Source of the DNA: Octopus sinensis
Lineage: Eukaryota
Direction: 5' to 3'
Assembly: GCF_006345805.1 (NCBI RefSeq)
Contig: NC_043004.1
Span: 68,572,001-68,636,000, forward strand
DNA length: 64,000 nt
In this document: positions 12,996 through 23,629 of the stretch, in pieces
Layout: every line of letters starts with the position of its first letter
How positions within the stretch are numbered: position 1 is the stretch's first letter
Notes under the pieces: model-generated
What the model saw: the letters and a program-made list of their open reading frames with translations, nothing else
What the model was told of the DNA's origin: nothing
Database searches by the model: none
Program-made: the position numbers and the translations under genes

Positions 12996-14542
12996 CGATT
13001 TGATTGATTGTAATCAGTCTCATCTGCAAGAACGGTAAAATGTGATATGTAGAGTGCTGTGTTGTATGTATGTGGAGGTGAAAGAATGAATGATTACCAT
13101 TGATGATGGACGGAAAAGCGAAACGTGTGTCACCACAGTTTCCTACCATCTATTCCCACAGTCCACACTTCCATCCCATACACATGCAGTACGTAGGACA
13201 CACCTCATATCTTAGAGTTTTTCTCTTACGATATTCATTACAAACATTCAAAACACTAGTTATTTCCCAAATGAGGCATTTCCTTTCATAACTAATTAAG
13301 AATACAATTCTTTTGTCAAATACTTTGTAATTATATAGAAGTCCTTCGTCATTTCATTTAACGTCCGGCTTGATAAAAGAGCGAAACTATGTATCTTGGG
13401 AAGAAGATTGAAGATACAGTGTAAGTGTGTAGATTTACTAAGAGACAGATAGTGGTGTAAATCGTGTGACAAACTGAGTCCGTGGCTTAATAATTAGTAG
13501 AAGATATATGAAGTATTTCTGCAGTTTCCATTGCCGTTAGTTCGTTTGCTTGACATTCTATCTAGTTGAAGAAAATTACTCAGGGTGCAAGTCAGTGGTG
13601 ATAGATCTCCGAACCATCTGATTATGACGCAAAATTCTTAACAGCAAAGTCATACGTGTGATAATGCGGTAATGTAGAGTTACCTAGTTTGTTTGTCTTA
13701 AGTATATGAGGCAGCTTCGGGAAACAGAACAGACGATATTAAGATTGAAATCAGGGACAACTGTAAACTCATTCTCAGAAACCTATATCTCAAAGAAAAA
13801 AAAACAAAAAGAAAACAGAAAAAAATCTCTCGAATAAACGAATAAAACAAACAAAATAAAAAACAAATCATATTTAGATTGGAATGCGAAGGCTTCAGGT
13901 GACGCACATACATCTTCAAAACTATACCGAGCATTCTAACCAAGACATCATGTACTTGAATAGCAAAATTGAATTTTCTTGCTCTGAATAAGAACTAACA
14001 GTAATGGAAAAAAACTCCTTAAGATTTCTACTTCTAGCAATACAACAACCTCTTTCGAAATCTCTGGAAAATACGCAAAACCTAGTTAATAAAACAATAA
14101 CTGTACTGCCGCTATTAGCTTGTTAATAACAGAATAGTGTTGTTCACCTTGCTGTATGTATTTCTCCTACAAACACAACATAGTAAATATGTCGGAAGTG
14201 TTGTAAGTAGTTTATTTCACAACATTTCTACGAATACATACATACATTCATACATACATGCATACATACGTACGTACATACATACACACATACACACATA
14301 CATGCATACATACATGCATACATACGTACGTACGTACATATACTCATACATACATGCATGCATACATACACACATGAATACATACGCACATACATACATA
14401 TTTACGTAAGAACGTACGTACGTACATGCACACATACATAGATACGTGCATACATACATGCATACATACATACGTGCATGCATGCAAACATACACACACA
14501 CATACATACATACGTATATATATATATGCACACACGTATATG

Positions 14543-14574
<32 letters not shown>

Positions 14575-14661
14575 TATTTATGCACACACACGTATTTATA
14601 TATACATTCATACATGCATATATATATATATATGCATACATAACTATGTATATATATATAT

Positions 14662-14909
14662 ATATTCTGTTGTGTCTGGGGAGAGTCATTCTCTTTTAGT
14701 GCCTTATTATTTAACACACTCACCGGTAAAATTTCCACTTATTTCGTCTTTTTATTTTCCTAAAATTTTCGTTGCGTCTTGCAACCTTTTCAATAGTCTT
14801 GACTCTCAATAATAAGGCACTAAAAGAGAATGACTCTCCCCAGACATAACAGAATATGCTTCAACACACGAACTCATATAAAGAATTTTGCAAACCAAAT
14901 CCAAAAACG

Positions 14910-14912
<3 letters not shown>
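14662..14912. mobile_element. Short PLE-type element in (TA)n with ~48-bp inverted arms enclosing a hammerhead
   Basis: Arms at 14662-14711 and 14808-14857 (one mismatch). (TA)n on both sides. Confidence 0.75.
14760..14796 (-). ncRNA. Minimal hammerhead motif, U3-A8 core variant
   Basis: Minus strand: cta-TTGAAAA-g-gttgc-aagac-gcaac-GAAA-at-TT-tag. Stem III is a palindromic stub (aaattt). Confidence 0.6.
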
Positions 14913-14947
<35 letters not shown>

Positions 14948-15186
14948 GTGGTGTGTATGTATGTATGAATGTTTGTATGTATGTACGTATGTATGTATGT
15001 ATGTATGTATGCATGTAATTATGTATGGATTTTCCCCCTTTTTTTCTGGTTCGAACACATTGACCATTCTCTACCTATTTACGTATAGTAAGAATTATAC
15101 TTCTGAGGCATACGGTAGTTTAGCAAAGAACGCAATTTACATCATTACTAAAGACTTCTTTTCATGCCGCCGACACCCCCACCTCT

Positions 15187-15211
<25 letters not shown>

Positions 15212-15220
<9 letters not shown>

Positions 15221-15605
15221 GATAGATAAAAGGATGGATATAAAGATATATATACATAATTTTGTATGCATATATCATATATAAATATACGTATCTAAGT
15301 GTATACACACACACATACTCGCGCACATGCACGTACACACACTCACACACACACACACACTTACACACAGATAAATGGATAGATATAAAGATATATATAC
15401 ATAGTTTTGTATGCATATATCATATATAAATATACGTATCTAAGTGTATATACACTTACACACACGCGCACGCACGCACATACACACACACACGTAAATA
15501 TAAACATATGTAGATAGATAGATGGATAGATAGATAGATAGCTACGTACGCATGGTTTTGTTTGCATTTATCCATATATAAATATACGCATCTAAGTGTA
15601 CACAC
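15212..15605. repeat. Degenerate ~140-bp tandem repeat (about 3 units) separated by (CA)n
   Basis: tttgtatgcatatatcatatataaatatacgtatctaagtgtata recurs near 15260, 15405 and (diverged) 15557. Confidence 0.75.
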
Positions 15606-16315
15606 ACACACACGCACACACACACACACGCACGCACGCACACACACGTACAGATACATACACATACATAATGTGAGATGAATCTTCATTACCACCACAC
15701 GGAGTTTCGCCTTTTCTTCACGTCAGATGTTAATGAAAGGACGGAGAACGTCTTATAATTACAAAGTATTTAAAAAGAAAGAAATGTATTTTTTAATTGG
15801 TTTTGAAAGGCCTCCTTTGGGAAGTAACGAATGTTTAGATTGGCCATAGTTGATATTGTCTGGAAATATAACTGCAAGTTACGAGATGTACCGAACAATA
15901 ATGTCTATGTGTATTGGATGGAAATGTGGGGTCAATTCCTATACCCTTTCCCTACCTCGTATCAATCACCACCATCAATTCTCCCACCCCCATATACACA
16001 CAACATAACTCTCCACAAGTCACGTGTTACCCCTTGGTAAATCACGTGTCAGTTCTCAGAGGAGACCGTACACAATCAATCAAAATTTACACTTCTTTTC
16101 AAATGTCTTGTAAGTATGAAGAAAATGTACGTCCTTTCATTAACGATTGACATGTCGGAAGATAGAACTATGAATGGTGCCAGAGAAAACAGCTTTGATT
16201 GAATTCCTTTCATTACTCTGTGCCTCGTATTCAGTACAATTTCTGTTGTATAAATATAAGTATATATGTATCTGTGTAAAACATACATACGTACATACAT
16301 GCATGCATACATACA

Positions 16316-16347
<32 letters not shown>

Positions 16348-16410
16348 CATACATACATACATGCATGCATACATGCATACATACATACATACATATATAT
16401 ATATATATAC

Positions 16411-16797
16411 ATGGTTCCGGGTTCAGTCCCACTGCGTGGCATCTTGGGCAAGTGTCTTCCACTATAGACTCGGGCCGACCAAAGCCTTGTGAGTAGATTT
16501 GGTAGAAGGAAACTCAAGGAAGCCCGTCGTATATATGTATATATATAAATGTGTGTGCGTGTGTGTGTATGTTTGTGTGTCTGTGTTTGTTCCCCTAGCA
16601 TTGCTTGACAACCGATGTTGGTGTGTTTATGTTCCCGTTACTTAGCGACTCGGCAAAAGAGGCCGATAGAATAAGTACTGGGCTTACAAAGAATGAATCG
16701 CGGGATCGATTTGCTCGACTAAAGGCGGTGCTCCAATATGGCCGCAGTCAAATGACTGAAACAAGTAAAAAAGTAAAGAGTAAAGAGTAAAGAGTAA
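16411..16797 (+). mobile_element. SINE family B, 5'-truncated
   Basis: Matches 9165-9536. Confidence 0.9.
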
Positions 16798-16923
16798 AGT
16801 GTATACATACATACATGAGTAAAGAGTATACATACATACATACATACATACATACATACATACATACATACATACATACATACATACATACATACATACA
16901 TACATACATACATACATACATAC

Positions 16924-18095
16924 AATCTACAGCTACTCTATCAAGACTATAAGTTGAGGTTTATTTCCGTAATTTTGGGACACTGGGATATATAATGCAC
17001 TGCTGAAATACTAAACTTGAGAAATTAGGCTTCTCAAAATTAGAAAGCATAAAACTGATTCGAAGACTACAGATCCAGGCCATCACCGGAACTGTCAACA
17101 TCTGTAAACCGTTCCAGAAGTTTATCATTTAAGTTTATACGTGCATGTCTAGATATGCGAGTATATGTATGAGAAGACATACATAAAACAAAACATACAA
17201 ATCTGCACAAATACATTTATACAGACATACAAAAATACCCTGTTGATATTGTTGAGATTCTAATGAAGGAGCTTTAGATTTAGGTTAGAAACCGATTCTT
17301 TCTCTCTATTGGCAAGAAATCTTGAATATAACTGAACATGACATACATACATACATACATACATAATACATACATACTACATACATACATACATACATAC
17401 ATACATACATACATACATCACATACATACATACAATCTACAGCTACTCTATCAAGACTATAAGTTGAGGTTTATTTCCGTAATTTTGGGACACTGGGATA
17501 TATAATGCACTGCTGAAATACTAAACTTGAGAAATTAGGCTTCTCAAAATTAGAAAGCATAAAACTGATTCGAAGACTACAGATCCAGGCCATCACCGGA
17601 ACTGTCAACATCTGTAAACCGTTCCAGAAGTTTATCATTTAAGTTTATACGTGCATGTCTAGATATGCGAGTATAGTATGAGAAGACATACATAAAACAA
17701 AACATACAAATCTGCACAAATACATTTATACAGACATACAAAAATACCCTGTTGATATTGTTGAGATTCTAATGAAGGAGCTTTAGATTTAGGTTAGAAA
17801 CCGATTCTTTCTCTCTATTGGCAAGAAATCTTGAAATATAACTGAACATGACATACATACATACATGCATGCATGCATGCATACATACATACATACATAC
17901 ATAATACATACATACATACATACATACATACATACATACATACATACATACATACATACATACATACATACATACATACATACATACAAAAGTACCCTAT
18001 TTATGTGGTTGAAATTCGAATGTAGTAGCCTTGGATCAAGGTTAGAAACCGTCTGTTTGGCAAGAAATCTTGAAATAAAACTGAATACTGACATA
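16924..18095 (+). mobile_element. R4/Dong-type (RLE) LINE 3' ends in (CATA)n: two tandem ~420-bp copies plus a 3'UTR fragment
   Basis: 16924-17342 is nearly identical to 17434-17852. Translation reads NLQLLYQDYKLRFISVILG..LEKLGFSKLESIKLIRRLQIQAITGTVNICK, homologous to 39015-39425. A third UTR piece lies at ~17990-18095. Confidence 0.75.
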
Positions 18096-18628
18096 CATGC
18101 ATATATATATACATACATACATTCATACATACATGCATTCATGCATGCACTCATGCATACATATATATATATGGATGTATACATACATGCATACATGCAT
18201 ACATACAGACATACATACATATACGGGCCATATATATGCGAAGAAATAGTTAAAGTGTTCTGCTTATATACCTACTACATTGGTTGCATGTATTATTATG
18301 TCTTACCTTGATACTGCGTGGACTGGGATCCCCGTCGACAGGCCGCAGATATTACGTAAATTGTTAAGCATTTACAATATCCAAATTAGTAACCCTAGTT
18401 CTCTGTCCCTACTGGTTTATTGAGTAAATGAACAGATTCCCTGCTTGTTTCCTCTGGGATTGGCCAAAATGATGTAGAGACCTCCCCACCGCTGATGAGA
18501 AACCAGTAAGTTTTGAACATTGATAAACGTTGTTCATCCTTTCTACTCAATCTTCGGAGAAAATGTTGAATTTGCACTCTTTATACATCTACTGCATAGG
18601 TTACACGCGGGGGTGAGGGGGGGTACGT

Positions 18629-18826
18629 GCATGCCTTTGCTGATCTTGAGAAAGTCTCATGTGCTTTGGTCTTGAGACTCCGTTTGATGCATTGCGGCAT
18701 GCCTTTGCTGATGTTGGGAAAATCTCATCTTGTTTCTGTCTTGAGACTGCATTTGCCGTGCTGCAGCATGCATTTGCTAATCTTGGGAATGTCTCACCCC
18801 CCCCCCTTCTGTATTGAGACTCCATT
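18629..18826 (-). repeat. Three ~69-bp repeats with a 23-aa period (STPR-like), possibly a Helitron N-terminal relic
   Basis: gcatgcctttgctgat recurs with a 68-69 nt period. Minus-strand reading gives AARQMQSQDRNKMRFSQHQQRHAAMHQTESQDQ..MRLSQDQQRHA. Confidence 0.5.
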
Positions 18827-19896
18827 AATTTAAGGGTAAACTGCTGCGATAATTATGAAATGGTAACTGAACGGTAAATGTGCATTTTGATATACACTGG
18901 ACCTGCCACCTTATTGTTTTTTGTCAAGAGTTTTACCTCCAGCCATTCGTTATGTCAACACACATACACTAATACACCATGGCGGTAAAGAAGGAAATTT
19001 GTCGATGCGTAATGTTGTTGAAATTGGGGTATAAAATTGTTTATTTATTTACAACAGTAGAATTAAAAGTGTAAGAATAAAAGTGTGACAATATTATAGG
19101 CTTAGACTCAAAAGTGAAAGAATAAAAGTGAAACAATATATCACATTACAATATAGATCTTATTCTTTTACTTTTGACTCGTAATACCGAACCAGTGCCA
19201 ATGTTATATTGTTTTAATACAAAAGAAGAAAAATGTCATGGAGTCTGATACTATTACCTTGCTAAATTTGATTTGATTTGGTCGAGCCGTTTGAGAATGC
19301 ATAGGGAACAGACAGACAATCAGAAAAAGAATTATATATCTGTAGACGAGGAAGTCAATTTGTAGACAGAGCTCACAAACCCCGTTTGAGGGTATAAAGC
19401 TCTAGAAGAAAATAGCTTGAATGAAAGAACTTGAGCCACTTTAGGATAGCTTTTTCTAACGCATGACCGCTCAGTGGTGTGGTTGAAATCTCATTGGTTA
19501 ATAATAAAGGCTTATCGGCCGTATGTGGCCCATAGCGGTCATACATACACATGCACGACCGCATGCACAACGGTTTTCGATAGAGGGAGAAATGTAAATA
19601 GTGTATTTAGATAGACGGAGTGCAAAAGATTTAAACTAAGTAATGTTGTAGGGAGAACGTACAAATACCGTCAAGACAACGATATTTACGCACGACCAAA
19701 TTGAGATACAATGAAGTTATGTTTTAAGGCAGATGTGGCAAAACTGAATTTAAACACGCTGGGTGTACAAAAATTAAAAATAACAAAATTATTTTTCAGG
19801 GAGCATGTATAAATATCGTAACAACAGAGATTTTTTACGCAAGACTAATTGAAATACACAGAAGAAAATCTGTAGAGAGAAGTTAGTAAATGAGTT

Positions 19897-19937
<41 letters not shown>

Positions 19938-19949
19938 AGAGAGTGAAAG

Positions 19950-19989
<40 letters not shown>

Positions 19990-20085
19990 CGGGAAGCTTT
20001 ATGAAAATAAACAAAAGACGAAGGCAGGTGGAGTACAAACAAACAAGTGTATTCGTATGGCGCTCAGGAATATAAATAAAACAAG

Positions 20086-20123
20086 TCTTTTACGTTTCGA
20101 GCCTACGCTCTTCGACAGAAAGA
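20086..20123 (-). ncRNA. Minimal hammerhead motif (A6U variant) in a (TA)n-bordered element at ~19988-20290
   Basis: Minus strand: tcttt-CTGTCGA-a-gagc-gtag-gctc-GAAA-cg-TA-aaaga. Stem I 5 bp, stem II 4 bp, palindromic stem III acgt. Confidence 0.65.
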
Positions 20124-20389
20124 TAAACAGGAAAGAAACACGGAGAGAAACAAGAGAGAAAAAAAATGCGTGCAGAGGCTAGCGAATCAACATGGCGATC
20201 TGATTTCGGCCAGAAGTCAAAGATGAAACGTGAGACGCAAGAGCGAAATTAGGGGAGATAACAGGGTCAAATGACCTCGCCCCAACATAAGAGTGTATGT
20301 GTGTATGAGAGAGTATGTAGTGCGTATGAGAGGTCTGGACGTGTGTATGTATATATGATGTGATGTGTAAAGTCGTATGGTGTAGTGTA

Positions 20390-20970
20390 GAGAGAGGAGA
20401 TGAGGGGGAGAGGGGAGGAGGTGATGTGTAAAGTCGTATGGTGTAGTGTAGAGAGAGGAGATGAGGGGGGAGGGGAGGGGAGGAGGGGGGAGGAGATAAG
20501 GGGGAGAGAGAGGAGAGGAGTGATGAGGGGGAGAGAGGGGACAGGAGAGAGGAGAGGGAGAGTGGGAGAGAGGAAGAGGGAGGAAAAGGAAAGAGGAGGG
20601 GAAGAGGAGGGGAAAGGAAAGAGGAGAAGAGGAGGGAGAAGGGGAAAGGTGAGAGTGAGGGGGGGAGAGGGGGAGAAGGAAAGAAGGAGGGGTGGTGAGG
20701 GTGAGATGAGATGAGATGAGGGTGGAGGGTGGAGGGGGAGATGAGATGAGGGGGGATGATGAGGGGGAGAAGGAAAGAGGAGAAGAGGAGGGAGGAGGAG
20801 GGGGGAAGGGGGAGAAGGAAGGAGAGGAGAAGAGGAGGGGAGAGGAGGAGAGAGGGAGATGGGGAGAGGGAGAGAGAAGGGGAGTGAGGGAGCAGAGAGA
20901 AAGAGGGAAGGGGAAGAGGGAAGAAGAAAGAGGAGAGAAGGGAAGAGGAGGGAAAGGGAGTAGGGGTGAA
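20390..20970. repeat. Polypurine (G/A) low-complexity tract
   Basis: Almost pure G/A. Its leading ~60 bp are duplicated (~20360-20418 vs ~20421-20480). A similar tract lies at ~45370-46110. Confidence 0.9.
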
Positions 20971-21154
20971 AGTCTGTTATCAGCATATTGGCATTGAAAT
21001 AATTTTCTTTAGCCCTTTCTTATAAGTTGTTTATAATTTTAACATTAAAGGTATTTTAATGTGCTGCCACATTTCTTGATGGAATTTTTTTCTGCAAAAA
21101 AAACTGCATCCTATATTAGTAGTAGTAGTATATATATATATATTCTCCCTTCTC

Positions 21155-21357
21155 TTTTTTCTTCTTCTTCCTCTTCTTCATCATCATCATCATTATCATC
21201 ATCGTCGTCATCATCATCACCATCATCATCAGCTTCTTCTTCTCCTTCTCCTTCTTCTTCTTCTTCTTCTTCTTCTTCTTCATCATCATCATCATCAACA
21301 TCGTCATCTCCTTCTTCTTCTTCTTCTTCTTCTTCTTCTGCTCCACCTTCTACTTCT
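21155..21357. repeat. (TCT)n/(TCA)n trinucleotide tract
   Basis: Direct reading. Confidence 0.9.
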
Positions 21358-21359
21358 TA

Positions 21360-21790
21360 ACTTTATCACTAATGCCTTTTAGTATAACACCTACGCAAAT
21401 TCCATAAACAAACCTTTCAATAGAAATATTCTCCTGAATTGAACTGCAGCTGCTAGCCGTCACTGACCATTCAAAATACGACCATCAAGGCACTCCCAAA
21501 TTTTTCCACTCCCTCTCCTCATCAACCTTCTTCTTCTTCTACCCTACCAAGAATTCACAACGACCTCGAACACACAAGTGCAAACAAGGGAGACAGAGAA
21601 AGGCAGAATGCCACTTATATTTGAACACTATACAAATATTCCTTTAAAAAAACTTTTCTTTTAATTTTTCAAAATTTAATTATTTAATCGTTACAGTTGA
21701 AAAGGTCTCAAAATGACCGAAAACGGTACTGAAATGTTCTTTATAAAATTATTTTAGCATTTTCTATCTTGACTTGTTTTTTCATATATA
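21360..21790 (+). mobile_element. PLE 3' end / pLTR remnant
   Basis: The reading HLRKFHKQTFQ*KYSPELNC resembles the I...P.LN end of PLE GIY-YIG ORFs. It is followed by a hammerhead and then (TA)n. Confidence 0.55.
21694..21731 (+). ncRNA. Minimal hammerhead motif, U3-A8 core variant
   Basis: cag-TTGAAAA(21697-21703)-ggtc-tcaaaat-gacc-GAAA-acgg-TA-ctg. Confidence 0.65.
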
Positions 21791-21877
21791 TATATATCTA
21801 TTTATTCAATTTGCCTCTTACCTTTTACTTGTTTCAGTCATTAGACTGTGGGCATGTTGAGGCACCGCCTTGGTATA

Positions 21878-21956
<79 letters not shown>

Positions 21957-22374
21957 TAATAATAATTTGAGGGAATATTATTCTTAACTTACAGGGAAAA
22001 ATTCAATTTAGAAATACTAAATCAAATTTCACAAAATATAATATATATATATATATAAAAATTAGAAAAAACACCTTTTATCAATTCAAAATGAACAATT
22101 AAATTACACCATCTAGAAAATTACATATAATAAAAATATAAAAAATAAAATAACAATAATATGCCGATGATTAAGTAATGTGCAAAATAATAATAAAAAC
22201 GTATAAATATATACCGTAACAACAGAGATTTTTTACGCACGACTAATTGAAATACACGGAGACAGAAGTTAGTAAATGAGTTAAAGAGAGAAAGAGAGAG
22301 ATAAAACCAAATATATACGTTTTTATTATTATTTTGCAATTTACTTAATCATAGGTATATTATTGTTATTTTAT

Positions 22375-23493
22375 TTTTTATATTTTTATTTGATTTGATT
22401 TTGATTTTGATTTTTCCAGTTTCAGCTAAAGAGCTGTGGCCATGCTGGGGCACCGCCATTTGGTTTGCTACACAGGTTTACCTCACGGATGCTTTTTAGC
22501 AAACGCCATCTGATGCATGAGAGAGCTCGATGCAGCTGCCCTCATCTGCACCCCCTGCCGTGAAGTTGGTTCATCCGGGACACCTGACAGGAAGAGATCC
22601 AGTCCTACTTTAAAGACATCCGCATCTACACCATGCAGGTCCCTCAGGTTCTTCGGGAGGACATTGAAGAGCCGTGGGCCTCCGAAGCCCAGGCTATCAC
22701 AATATCTTGTCCCACACCTCGATGGCAAATTTGGAGTCCTTGGTACTACGCAGTGGTGTCCGGTTCTGGCGTTTGTGTGACTCTCGATGCCAAAGTCTGT
22801 GACAAGACCTTCCAGGATCTTCCAGATATATACCATGGCATATCTTTCTCGCCTACGCTCCAGGGAATAGAGCTTTAATCTCTTGAGTCTCTCCCAGTAG
22901 CTCGTATGCTGCACAGAGGCTATCTTCCTCGTGCAGCTCCATTGGATCGCCTCAAGCTCCGCGATCAACCCGACACTGGATGGTGACCATAGCTGAGAGC
23001 AATAGTCAAAGTGGCTTAGGACAAGTGTCCTCCAGAGGACCATCATGGTTTCCTGTTCTCTTGTTCTAAAGGTTCTAAGAATCCATCCAGCCAGCCGTCT
23101 GCATCCCATTGTCAGCCTAGCAACATGCACACGAAAGGTCGCGTCACCACTCATGCGAACACCCAGGTCACGCACTGATTGTGCCCCCGGGACCGCAATC
23201 CCTCCGGGTCCAGTGTATTCCTCGGGCACTGCATTCAGTCCTGCATGCTGATAGTATAAAGCTTGAAACTTTTCAGCATTGAACTGCATGCTATTCCCCT
23301 CAGCCCACTTGTATATTTCGTCCAGCCCACACCGCAGGCGCCCAGTGTCCTCAGGGCTCCGTACTGCCTGTGAAACCCTTGCATCATCCGCATAACCTGC
23401 GACCGTGGCTCTCCGCGCGGCTGAGGGCATGTCCGAGAGGGCCATTATGAACAGTAGTGGTCCCAAAACAGTGCCCTGTGGAACACCGCTCAC
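22375..23493 (-). mobile_element. 5'-truncated CR1/L2-group LINE (RT C-terminal half, 3'UTR, simple-repeat tail)
   Basis: Uninterrupted 336-codon frame with SGVPQGTVLGPLLF, YADD, FNAEKFQ, DLGV, DYCSQLWSP and YWERLKRLKLYSLERRRERY. The 3'UTR stem-loop is followed by an (ATCAAA)n-type tail. Confidence 0.95.
22483..23493 (-). pseudogene. Reverse transcriptase ORF2 fragment (no true start; truncated retrocopy)
   Basis: ORF track 22483..23493 begins mid-RT at the GVPQG motif. Confidence 0.9.
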
Positions 23494-23554
23494 TTTTCTA
23501 GATGGTGTACTTTAATTGTTCATTTTGAATTGATAAAAGGTGTTTTATTCTAAT

Positions 23555-23629
<75 letters not shown>

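Noticed and set aside
17262-17325. Hammerhead-like pattern in the R4/Dong 3'UTR (ctaatga...gaaaccgatt; also ~18017 and ~39350)
   Set aside because: The core is not conserved across copies (G5 absent in the ~17270/17770 duplicate pair and at ~18017; GAAA lost at ~39350) and stem I does not pair adjacent to the core.
18488-18530. CTGATGA followed by a hairpin
   Set aside because: GAAC instead of GAAA and no stem I partner.
20267-20997. 239-aa Pro/Leu/Ser-rich ORF and Gly/Glu/Arg-rich ORFs
   Set aside because: Produced by a polypurine low-complexity tract.
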